NCBI GenBank assembly: GCA_964057225.1
Contig: OZ059898.1
Coordinates: 20,026,001-20,090,000, forward strand
Length of the DNA: 64,000 bases
Direction: 5' to 3'
Source of the DNA: Auanema rhodensis
Taxonomy: Eukaryota > Animalia > Nematoda
Shown here in pieces: positions 27,301 through 39,920 of this stretch; the first letter of the stretch is position 1; the number at the start of each line of letters is the position of its first letter. Position numbers and translations under genes: made by a program. The notes beneath the pieces are model-generated. The model did not search any database, was not told the origin of the DNA, and saw only the letters and a list, made by a program, of their open reading frames with translations.

Positions 27301-28310
27301 AAAATGATGCATTAGTGTATTTTGAGTTTCCATGTACTTTCAGCATTGCTTCCAAAAACATTTTGACAAAAATTTTTTCGAAAAATTTCAAAATAATTTC
27401 GCAAAAAGTAAATGTTTTTAGATTTCTTTTTTCAAGGCAAAGACGATGGACGATGTTATTCAACAAAAAAATTAATTCTTCAGGGTGAAAATCGAGGATA
27501 TAAGTGTGAGCTTATATCAGTTGATATCTCGGTGCATTTTTAAGCTAACGCAAATCTGATAACACAGATCGACGCAGCTTAAAAATCTGCATCGAATGCA
27601 CTATACTACATTGAGAAACGCTTAATACAAAAATTAGTTATGATCGTTTGGAAAATGATGCATTAGTGTATTTTGAGTTTCCATGTACACTCAACATTGC
27701 TTCCAAAAACATTTTGACAAAAATTTTTTCGAAAAATTTCAAAATAATTTCGCAAAAAGTAGATAATTTTAGATTTTTTCGTTCAAGGCAAAGACGATGG
27801 ACAATGTTATTCAACGAAAAAATTAATTCTTCAGGGTGAAAATCGAGGATATAAGTGTGAGCTTATATCAGTTGATATCTCGGTGCATTTTTAAGCTAGC
27901 GCAAATCTAATAACACAGATCGACGCAGCTTAAAAATCCGCATCGAATGCACTATACTACATTGAGAAACGCTTGATACAAAAATTAGTTATGATCGTTT
28001 GAAAAATGATGCATTAGTGTTTTTTGAGTTTCCATGTACACTCAACATTGCTTCCAAAAACATTTTGACAAAAGTTTTTTCAAAAAATTTCAAAATAATT
28101 TCGCAAAAAGTAGATGTTTTTAGATTTTTTTTTCAAGGCAAAGACGATGGACAATGTTATTCAACGAAAAAATTAATTCTTCAGGGTGAAAATCGAGGAT
28201 ATAAGTGTGAACTTATATCAGTTGATATCTCGGTGCATTTTCAAGCTAGCGCAAATCTAATAACACAGATCGACGCAGCTTAAAAATCCGCATCGAATGC
28301 ACTATACTAC
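15017..28310. repeat. Block B, copy 1 (about 38 monomers), duplicated at 43081-56375
   Basis: A constant offset of 28,766 holds over 16771-25190, with shared private variants: AAACGTTTT, TATAAAAGTG, TTCTGAATA, CTTACAAAT, AACGTTTGA, AAAATGATT+TCGTACAAG, TTCCAAGG. The flanks match at offset about 28,064 because of whole-dimer indels. Confidence 0.92.
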
Positions 28311-28348
28311 ATTGAGAAACGCTTAATACAAAAATTAGTTATGATCGT
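24139..28348. repeat. Successive dimer, dimer and trimer local duplications
   Basis: 24139/24490 repeats at 24841/25192 (AAAGTCC, AAAGCTTAA, TTTCAGC). 25543/25894 repeats at 26245/26596. 26596/26947 repeats at 27648/27999 (offset 1052). Confidence 0.85.
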
Positions 28349-31153
28349 TTGGAAAATGATGCATTAGTGTATGTTGAGTTTCCATGTACACTCAACATTG
28401 CTTCCAAAAACATTTTGACAAAAATTTTTTCGAAAAATTTCAGAATAATTTAGCAAAAAGTAGATGTTTTTAAATTTTTTTTTTCAAGGCAAAGACGATG
28501 GACAATGTTATTCAACGAAAAAATTAATTCTTCAGGGTGAAAATCGAAGATATAAGTGTGAACTTATATCAGTTGATATCTCGGTGCACTTTTAAGCTAG
28601 CGCAAATCTAATAACACAGATCGACGCAGCTTAAAAATCCGCATCGAATGCACTATATTACATTGAGAAACGCTTAATACAAAAATTAGTTATGATCGTT
28701 TGGAAAATGATGCATTAGTGTATGTTGAGTTTCCATGTACACTCAACATTGCTTCCAAAAACATTTTGACAAAAATTTTTTCGAAAAATTTCAGAATAAT
28801 TTAGCAAAAAGTAGATGTTTTTAGATTTTTTTTTTAAGGCAAAGACGATGGACAATGTTATTCAACGAAAAAATTAATTCTTCAGGGTGAAAATCGAGGA
28901 TATAAGTGTGAGCTTAAATCAGTTGATATCTCGGTGCATTTTTACGCTAGCGCAAATATGATAACACAGATCGACGCAGCTTAAAAATCCGCATCGAATG
29001 CACTATACTACATTGAGAAACGCTTGATACAAAAATTAGTTATGATCGTTTGAAAAATGATGCATTAGTGTATTTTGAGTTTCCATGTACACTCAACATT
29101 GCTTCCAAAAACATTTTGACAAAAATTTTTCCGAAACATTTCAAAATAATTTCGCAAAAAGTAGCTGTTTTTAGATTCTTTTTTTCAAGGCAAAAACGAT
29201 GGACAATGTTATTCAACGAAAAAATTAATTCTTCAGGGTGAAAATCGAGGATATAAGTGTGAACTTATATCAGTTGATATCTCGGTGCATTTTTAAGCTA
29301 GCGCAAATCTGATAACACAGATCGACGCAGCTTAAAAATCCGCATCGAATGCACTATACTACATTGAGAAACGCTTGATATAAAAATTAGTTATGATCGT
29401 TTGAAAAATGATGCATTAGTGTATTTTGAGTTTCCATGTACACTCAACATTGCTTCCAAAAACATTTTGACAAAAATTTTTCCGAAAAATTTCAAAATAA
29501 TTTCGCAAAAAGTAGATGTTTTTAGATTTTTTTTTTAAGGCAAAGACGATGGACAATGTTATTCAACGAAAAAATTAATTCTTCAGGGTGAAAATCGAGG
29601 ATATAAGTGTGAACTTATATCAGTTGATATCTCGGTGCATTTTTAAGCTAGCGCAAATCTGATAACACAGATCGATGCAGCTTAAAAATCCGCATCGAAT
29701 GCACTATACTACATTGAGAAACGCTTGATACAAAAATTAGTTATGATCGTTTGAAAAATGATGCATTAGTGTATTTTGAGTTTCCATGTACACTCAACAT
29801 TGCTTCCAAAAACATTTTGACAAAAATTTTTCCGAAAAATTTCAAAATAATTTCGCAAAAAGTAGATGTTTTTCGATTTTTTTTTTCAAGGCAAAGACGA
29901 TGGACAATGTTATTCAACGAAAACATTAATTCTTCAGGGTGAAAATCGAGGATATAAGTGTGAACTTATATCAGTTGATATCTCGGTGCATTTTTAAGCT
30001 AGCGCAAATCTGATAACACAGATCGATGCAGCTTAAAAATCCGCATCGAATGCACTATACTACATTGAGAAACGCTTGATACAAAAATTAGTTATGATCG
30101 TTTGAAAAATGATGCATTAGTGTATTTTGAGTTTCCATGTGCACTCAACATTGCTTCCAAAAACATTTTGACAAAAATTTTTTCGAAAAATTTCAAAATA
30201 ATTTCGCAAAAAGTAAATGTTTTTAGATTTCTTTTTTCAAGGCAAAGACGATGGACGATGTTATTCAACAAAAAAATTAATTCTTCAGGGTGAAAATCGA
30301 GGATATAAGTGTGAACTTATATCAGTTGATATCTCGGTGCATTTTTCAGCTAGCGCAAATCTGATAACACAGATCGATGCAGCTTAAAAATCCGCATCGA
30401 ATGCACTATACTACATTGAGAAACGCTTGATACAAAAATTAGTTATGATCGTTTGAAAAATGATGCATTAGTGTATTTTGAGTTTCCATGTACACTCAAC
30501 ATTGCTTCCAAAAACATTTTGACAAAAATTTTTTCGAAAAATTTCAAAATAATTTCGCAAAAAGTAAATGTTTTTAGATTTCTTTTTTCAAGGCAAAGAC
30601 GATGGACGATGTTATTCAACGAAAAAATTAATTCTTCAGGGTGAAAATCGAGGATATAAGTGTGAACATATATCAGTTGATATCTCGGTGCATTTTTCAG
30701 CTAGCGCAAATCTGATAACACAGATCGACGCAGCTTAAAAATCCGCATCGAATGCACTATACTACATTGAGAAACGCTTGATACAAAAATTAGTTATGAT
30801 CGTTTGAAAAATGATGCATTAGTGTATTTTGAGTTTCCATGTACATTCAACATTGCTTCCAAAAATATTTTGACAAAAATTTTTCCGAAAAATTTCAAAA
30901 TAATTTCGCAAAAAGTAGATGTTTTTAGATTTTTTTTTCAAGGCAAAGACGATGGACAAGGTTATTCAACGAAAAAATTAATTCTTCAGGGTGAAAATCG
31001 AGGATATAAGTGTGAACTTATATCAGTTGATATCTCGGTGCATTTTTCAGCTAGCGCAAATCTGATAACACAGATCGACGCAGCTTAAAAATCCGCATCG
31101 AATGCACTATACTACATTGAGAAACGCTTGATACAAAAATTAGTTATGATCGT

Positions 31154-34100
31154 TTGAAAAATGATGCATTAGTGTATTTTGAGTTTCCATGTACACTCAA
31201 CATTGCTTCCAAAAACATTTTGACAAAAATTTTTCCGAAAAATTTCAAAATAATTTCGCAAAAAGTAGATGTTTTTAGATTTTTTTTCTCAAGGCAAAGA
31301 CGATGGACAAGGTTATTCAACGAAAACATTAATTCTTCAGGGTGAAAATCGAGGATATAAGTGTGAACTTATATCAGTTGATATCTCGGTGCATTTTTAA
31401 GCTAGCGCAAATCTGATAACACAGATCGATGCAGCTTAAAAATCCGCATCGAATGCACTATACTACATTGAGAAACGCTTGATACAAAAATTAGTTATGA
31501 TCGTTTGAAAAATGATGCATTAGTGTATTTTGAGTTTCCATGTACACTCAACATTGCTTCCAAAAACATTTTGACAAAAATTTTTCCGAAAAATTTCAAA
31601 ATAATTTCGCAAAAAGTAGATGTTTTTCGATTTTTTTTTTCAAGGCAAAGACGATGGACAATGTTATTCAACGAAAACATTAATTCTTCAGGGTGAAAAT
31701 CGAGGATATAAGTGTGAACTTATATCAGTTGATATCTCGGTGCATTTTTAAGCTAGCGCAAATCTGATAACACAGATCGATGCAGCTTAAAAATCCGCAT
31801 CGAATGCACTATACTACATTGAGAAACGCTTGATACAAAAATTAGTTATGATCGTTTGAAAAATGATGCATTAGTGTATTTTGAGTTTCCATGTGCACTC
31901 AACATTGCTTCCAAAAACATTTTGACAAAAATTTTTCCGAAAAATTTCAAAATAATTTCGCAAAAAGTAGATGTTTTTCGATTTTTTTTTTCAAGGCAAA
32001 GACAATGGACAATGTTATTCAACGAAAAATTTAATTCTTCAGGGTGAAAATCGAAGATATAAGTGTGAACTTATATCAGTTGATATCTCGGTGCATTTTT
32101 AAGCTAGCGCAAATCTGATAACACAGATCGATGCAGCTTAAAAATCCGCATCGAATGCACTATACTACATTGAGAAACGCTTGATACAAAAATTAGTTAT
32201 GATCGTTTGAAAAATGATGCATTAGTGTATTTTGAGTTTCCATGTACACTCAACATTGCTTCCAAAAACATTTTGACAAAAATTTTTTCGAAAAATTTCA
32301 AAATAATTTCGCAAAAAGTAAATGTTTTTAGATTTCTTTTTTCAAGGCAAAGACGATGGACGATGTTATTCAACAAAAAAATTAATTCTTCAGGGTGAAA
32401 ATCGAGGATATAAGTGTGAACTTATATCAGTTGATATCTCGGTGCATTTTTAAGCTAGCGCAAATCTGATAACACAGATCGACGCAGCTTAAAAATGCGC
32501 ATCGAATGCACTATACTACATTGAGAAACGCTTGATACAAAAATTAGTTATGATCGTTTGAAAATGATGCATTAGTGTATTTTGAGTTTCCATGTACACT
32601 CAACATTGCTTCCAAAAACATTTTGACAAAAATTTTTTCGAAAAATTTCAAAATAATTTCGCAAAAAGTAGATGTTTTTAGATTTTTTTTTTTAAAGCAA
32701 AGACGATGGACAAGGTTATTCAACGAAAAAATTAATTCTTCAGGGTGAAAATCGAGGATATAAGTGTGAACTTATATCAGTTGATATCTCGGTGCATTTT
32801 CAAGCTAGCGCAAATCTAATAACACAGATCGACGCAGCTTAAAAATCCGCATCGAATGCACTATACTAAATTGAGAAACGCTTGATACAAAAATTAGTTA
32901 TGACCGTTTGAAAAATGATGCATTAGTGTATTTTGAGTTTCCATGTACACTCAACATTGCTTCCAAAAACATTTTGACAAAAATTTTTTCGAAAAATTTC
33001 AAAATAATTTCGCAAAAAGTAGATGTTTTTAGATTTCTTTTTTCAAGGCAAAGACGATGGACAATGTTATTCAACGAAAAAATTAATTCTTCAGGGTGAA
33101 AATCGAGGATATAAGTGTGAACTTATATCAGTTGATATCTCGGTGCACTTTTAAGCTAGCGCAAATCTGATAACACAGATCGACGCAGCTTAAAAATCCG
33201 CATCGAATGCACTATACTACATTGAGAAACGCTTGATACAAAAATTAGTTATGATCGTTTGAAAAATGATGCATTAGTGTATTTTGAGTTTCCATGTACA
33301 CTCAACATTGCTTCCAAAAACATTTTGACAAAAATTTTTTCGAAAAATTTCAAAATAATTTCGCAAAAAGTAAATGTTTTTAGATTTCTTTTTTCAAGGC
33401 AAAGACGATGGACGATGTTATTCAACAAAAAAATTAATTCTTCAGGGTGAAAATCGAGGAAATAAGTGTGAACTTATATCAGTTGATATCTCGGTGCATT
33501 TTTAAGCTAGCGCAAATCTGATAACACAGATCGACGCAGCTTAAAACTCCGCATCGAGTGCACTATACTACATTGAGAAACGCTTGATACAAAAATTAGT
33601 TATGATCGTTTGAAAAATGATGCATTAGTGTATTTTGAGTTTCCATGTACATTCAACATTGCTTCCAAAAACATTTTGACAAAAATTTTTCCGAAAAATT
33701 TCAAAATAATTTCGCAAAAAGTAGATGTTTTTAGATTTTGTTTTTCAAGGCAAAGACGATGGACAAGGTTATTCAACGAAAAAATTAATTCTTCAGGGTG
33801 AAAATCGAGGATATAAGTGTGAACTTATATCAGTTGATATCTCGGTGCATTTTTCAGCTAGCGCAAATCTGATAACACAGATCGACGCAGCTTAAAAATC
33901 CGCATCGAATGCACTATACTACATTGAGAAACGCTTGATACAAAAATTAGTTATGATCGTTTGAAAAATGATGCATTAGTGTATTTTGAGTTTCCATGTA
34001 CACTCAACATTGCTTCCAAAAACATTTTGACAAAAATTTTTCCGAAAAATTTCAAAATAATTTCGCAAAAAGTAGATGTTTTTAGATTTTTTTTTTTAAG

Positions 34101-36655
34101 GCAAAGACGATGGACAAGGTTATTCAACGAAAAAATTAATTCTTCAGGGTGAAAATCGAGGATATAAGTGTGAACTTATATCAGTTGATATCTCGGTGCA
34201 TTTTTAAGCTAGCGCAAATCTGATAACACAGATCGATGCAGCTTAAAAATCCGCATCGAATGCACTATACTACATTGAGAAACGCTTGATACAAAAATTA
34301 GTTATGATCGTTTGAAAAATGATGCATTAGTGTATTTTGAGTTTCCATGTACACTCAACATTGCTTCCAAAAACATTTTGACAAAAATTTTTCCGAAAAA
34401 TTTCAAAATAATTTCGCAAAAAGTAGATGTTTTTCGATTTTTTTTTTCAAGGCAAAGACGATGGACAATGTTATTCAACGAAAAATTTAATTCTTCAGGG
34501 TGAAAATTGAGGATATAAGTGTGAACTTATATCAGTTGATATCTCGGTGCATTTTTAAGCTAGCGCAAATCTGATAACACAGATCGATGCAGCTTAAAAA
34601 TCCGCATCGAATGCACTATACTACATTGAGAAACGCTTGATACAAAAATTAGTTATGATCGTTTGAAAAATGATGCATTAGTGTATTTTGAGTTTCCATG
34701 TACACTCAACATTGCTTCCAAAAACATTTTGACAAAAATTTTTTCGAAAAATTTCAAAATAATTTCGCAAAAAGTAAATGTTTTTAGATTTCTTTTTTCA
34801 AGGCAAAGACGATGGACGATGTTATTCAACAAAAAAATTAATTCTTCAGGGTGAAAATCGAGGATATAAGTGTGAACTTATATCAGTTGATATCTCGGTG
34901 CATTTTTAAGCTAGCGCAAATCTGATAACACAGATCGACGCAGCTTAAAAATCCGCATCGAATGCACTATACTATATTGAGAAACGCTTGATACAAAAGT
35001 TAGTTATGATCGTTTGAAAAATGATGCATTAGTGTATTTTGAGTTTCCATGTACACTCAACATTGCTTCCAAAAACATTTTGACAAAAATTTTTTCGAAA
35101 AATTTCAAAATAATTTCGCAAAAAGTAAATGTTTTTAGATTTCTTTTTTCAAGGCAAAGACGATGGACGATGTTATTCAACAAAAAAATTAATTCTTCAG
35201 GGTGAAAATCGAGTAAATAAGTGTGAACTTATATCAGTTGATATCTCGGTGCATTTTTAAGCTAGCGCCAATCTGATAACACAGATCGACGCAGCTTAAA
35301 ACTCCGCATCGAGTGCACTATACTACATTGAGAAACGCTTGATACAAAAATTAGTTATGATCGTTTGAAAAATGATGCATTAGTGTATTTTGAGTTTCCA
35401 TGTACATTCAACATTGCTTCCAAAAACATTTTGACAAAAATTTTTCCGAAAAATTTCAAAATAATTTCGCAAAAGTAGATGTTTTTAGATTTTTTTTTTC
35501 AAGGCAAAGACGATGGACAAGGTTTATCAACGAAAAAATTAATTCTTCAGGGTGAAAATCGAGGATATAAGTGTGAACTTATATCAGTTGATATCTCGGT
35601 GCATTTTTCAGCTAGCGCAAATATGATAACACAGATCGACGCAGCTTAAAAATCCGCATCGAATGCACTATACTACATTGAGAAACGCTTGATACAAAAA
35701 TTAGTTATGATCGTTTGAAAAATGATGCATTAGTGTATTTTGAGTTTCCATGTACACTCAACATTGCTTCCAAAAACATTTTGACAAAAATTTTTCCGAA
35801 AAATTTCAAAATAATTTCGCAAAAAGTAGATGTTTTTAGATTTTTTTTTCAAGGCAAAGACGATGGACAAGGTTATTCAACGAAAAAATTAATTCTTCAG
35901 GGTGAAAATCGAGGAAATAAGTGTGAACTTATATCAGTTGATATCTCGGTGCATTTTTAAGCTAGCGCAAATCTGATAACACAGATCGACGCAGCTTAAA
36001 AATCCGCATCGAATGCACTATACTATATTGAGAAACGCTTGATACAAAAGTTAGTTATGATCGTTTGAAAAATGATGCATTAGTGTATTTTGAGTTTCCA
36101 TGTACACTCAACATTGCTTCCAAAAACATTTTGACAAAAATTTTTTCGAAAAATTTCGAAATAATTTCGCAAAAAGTAAATGTTTTTAGATTTCTTTTTT
36201 CAAGGCAAAGACGATGGACGATGTTATTCAACAAAAAAATTAATTCTTCAGGGTGAAAATCGAGTAAATAAGTGTGAACTTATATCAGTTGATATCTCGG
36301 TGCATTTTTAAGCTAGCGCAAATCTGATAACACAGATCGACGCAGCTTAAAACTCCGCATCGAGTGCACTATACTACATTGAGAAACGCTTGATACAAAA
36401 ATTAGTTATGATCGTTTGAAAAATGATGCATTAGTGTATTTTGAGTTTCCATGTACATTCAACATTGCTTCCAAAAACATTTTGACAAAAATTTTTCCGA
36501 AAAATTTCAAAATAATTTCGCAAAAAGTAAATGTTTTTAGATTTCTTTTTTCAAGGCAAAGACGATGGACAATGTTATTCAACGAAAAAATCAATTCTTC
36601 AGGGTGAAAATCGAGGATATAAGTGTGAACTTATATCAGTTGATATCTCGGTGCA
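31154..36655. repeat. Block A, copy 2
   Basis: Matches 7999-13500 in variant order. It carries a private 1-bp deletion near 35471 that shifts the offset from 23,155 to 23,154. Confidence 0.92.
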
Positions 36656-37029
36656 TTTTTAAGCTAGCGCAAATCTGATAACACAGATCGACGCAGCTTA
36701 AAAATCCGCATCGAATGCACTATACTACATTGAGAAACGCTTAATACAAAAATTAGTTATGATCGTTTGAAAAATGATGCATTAGTGTATGTTGAGTTTC
36801 CATGTACACTCAACATTGCTTCCAAAAACATTTTGACAAAAATTTTTTCGAAAAATTTCAAAATAATTTAGCAAAAAGTAGATGTGTTTAGATTCCTTTT
36901 TTCAAGGCAAACACGATGGAAAATGTTTTTCAACGAAAAAATTAATTCTTCAGGGTGAAAATCGAGGAAATAAGTGTGAACTTATATCAGTTGATATCTC
37001 GGTGCATTTTTAAGCTAGCGCAAATCTGA

Positions 37030-39920
37030 TAACACAGATCGACGCAGCTTAAAAATCCGCATCGAATGCACTATACTATATTGAGAAACGCTTGATACAA
37101 AAGTTAGTTATGATCGTTTGAAAAATGATGCATTAGTGTATTTTGAGTTTCCATGTACACTCAACATTGCTTCCAAAAACATTTTGACAAAAATTTTTTC
37201 GAAAAATTTCAAAATAATTTCGCAAAAAGTAAATGTTTTTAGATTTCTTTTTTCAAGGCAAAGACGATGGACGATGTTATTCAACAAAAAAATTAATTCT
37301 TCAGGGTGAAAATCGAGGATATAAGTGTGAACTTATATCAGTTGATATCTCGGTGCATTTTTAAGCTAGCGCAAATCTGATAACACAGATCGACGCAGCT
37401 TAAAAATCCGCATCGAATGCACTATACTACATTGAGAAACGCTTGATACAAAAATTAGTTATGATCGTTTGGAAAATGATGCATTAGTGTATTTTGAGTT
37501 TCCATGTACACTCAACATTGCTTCCAAAAACATTTTGACAAACATTTTTCCGAAAAATTTCAAAATAATTTCGCAAAAAGTAGATGTTTTTCAATTTTAT
37601 TTTTCGAGGCAAAAACGATGGACAATGTTATTCAACGAAAAAATTAATTCTTCAGGGTGAAAATCGAAGATATAAGTGTGAACTTATATCAGTTGATATC
37701 TCGGTGCACTTTTAAGCTAGCGCAAATCTGATAACACAGATCGACGCAGCTTAAAAATCCGCATCGAATGCACTATACTACATTGAGAAACGCTTAATAC
37801 AAAAATTAGTTATGATCGTTTGGAAAATGATGCATTAGTGTATGTTGAGTTTCCATGTACACTCAACATTGCTTCCAAAAACATTTTGACAAAAATTTTT
37901 TCGAAAAATTTCAGAATAATTTAGCAAAAAGTAGATGTTTTTAGATTTTTTTTTAAGGCAAAGACGATGGACAATGTTATTCAACGAAAAAATTAATTCT
38001 TCAGGGTGAAAATCGAGGATATAAGTGTGAGCTTATATCGGTTGATATCTCGGTGCATTTTTACGCTAGCGCAAATATGATAACACAGATCGACGCAGCT
38101 TAAAAATCCGCATCGAATGCACTATACTACATTGAGAAACGCTTGATACAAAAATTAGTTATGATCGTTTGAAAAATGATGCATTAGTGTATTTTGAGTT
38201 TCCATGTACACTCAACATTGCTTCCAAAAACATTTTGACAAAAATTTTTCCGAAACATTTCAAAATAATTTCGCAAAAAGTAGCTGTTTTTAGATTCTTT
38301 TTTTCAAGGCAAAGACGATGGACAATGTTATTCAACAAAAAAATTAATTCTTCAGGGTGAAAATCGAGGATATAAGTGTGAACTTATATCAGTTGATATC
38401 TCGGTGCATTTTTAAGCTAGCGCAAATCTGATAACACAGATCGACGCAGCTTAAAAATCCGCATCGAATGCACTATACTATATTGAGAAACGCTTGATAC
38501 AAAAGTTAGTTATGATCGTTTGAAAAATGATGCATTAGTGTATTTTGAGTTTCCATGTACACTCAACATTGCTTCCAAAAACATTTTGACAAAAATTTTT
38601 TCGAAAAATTTCAAAATAATTTCGCAAAAAGTAGATGTTTTTAGATTTTTTTTTAAGGCAAAGACGATGGACAATGTTATTCAACGAAAAAATTAATTCT
38701 TCAGGGTGAAAATCGAGGATATAAGTGTGAGCTTATATCAGTTGATATCTCGGTGCATTTTTAAGCTAGCGCAAATCTGATAACACAGATCGACGCAGCT
38801 TAAAAATCCGAATCGAATGCACTATACTACATTGAGAAACGCTTGATACAAAAATTAGTTATGATCGTTTGGAAAATGATGCATTAGTGTATTTTGAGTT
38901 TCCATGTACACTCAACATTGCTTCCAAAAACATTTTGACAAAAATTTTTTCGAAAAATTTCAAAATATTTTCGCAAAAAGTAAATGTTTTTAGATTTCTT
39001 TTTTCAAGGCAAAGACGATGAACGATGTTATTCAACAAAAAAATTAATTCTTCAGGGTGAAAATCGAGGATATAAGTGTGAGCTTATATCAGTTGATATC
39101 TCGGTGCATTTTTAAGCTAGCGCAAATCTGATAACACAGATCGACGCAGCTTAAAAATCCGCATCGAATGCACTATACTACATTGAGAAACGCTTGATAT
39201 AAAAATTAGTTATGATCGTTTGAAAAATGATGCATTAGTGTTTTTTGAGTTTCCATGTACACTCAACATTGCTTCCAAAAACATTTTGACAAAAATTTTT
39301 TCGAAAAATTTCAAAATAATTTCGCAAAAAGTAGATGTTTTTAAATTTCTTTTTTCAAGGCAAAGACGATGGACAATGTTATTCAACGAATAAATTAATT
39401 CTTCAGGGTGAAAATCGAGGATATAAGTGTGAACTTATATCAGTTGATATCTCGGTGCATTTTTAAGCTAGCGCAAATCTGATAACACAGATCGACGCAG
39501 CTTGAAAATCCGCATCGAATGCACTATACTACATTGAGAAACGCTTGATACAAAAATTAGTTATGATCGTTTGGAAAATGATGCATTAGTGTTTTTTGAG
39601 TTTCCATGTACACTCAACATTGCTTCCAAAAACATTTTGACAAAAATTTTTTCGAAAAATTTCAAAATAATTTCGCAAAAAGTAAATGTTTTTAGATTTC
39701 TTTTTTCAAGGCAAAGACGATGAACGATGTTATTCAACAAAAAAATTAATTCTTCAGGGTGAAAATCGAGGATATAAGTGTGAGCTTATATCAGTTGATA
39801 TCTCGGTGCATTTTTAAGCTAGCGCAAATCTGATAACACAGATCGACGCAGCTTAAAAATCCGCATCGAATGCACTATACTACATTGAGAAACGCTTGAT
39901 ATAAAAATTAGTTATGATCG
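37030..39920. repeat. Additional, more diverged copy of the 19.5-22.7 kb segment of block B
   Basis: The rare monomer with ACAAACATT/CAATTTTATTTTTCGAGG occurs at 19929, 37469 and 48695, with the same neighbouring monomer types. This copy lacks one monomer and the TTCTGA, CTTACA and CGTTTGA SNPs. Confidence 0.85.

Noticed and set aside
6936-36594. Minus-strand 61-62 aa ORFs
   Set aside because: They exist only where a single SNP creates a start codon, and they are antisense shadows of the same repeat.
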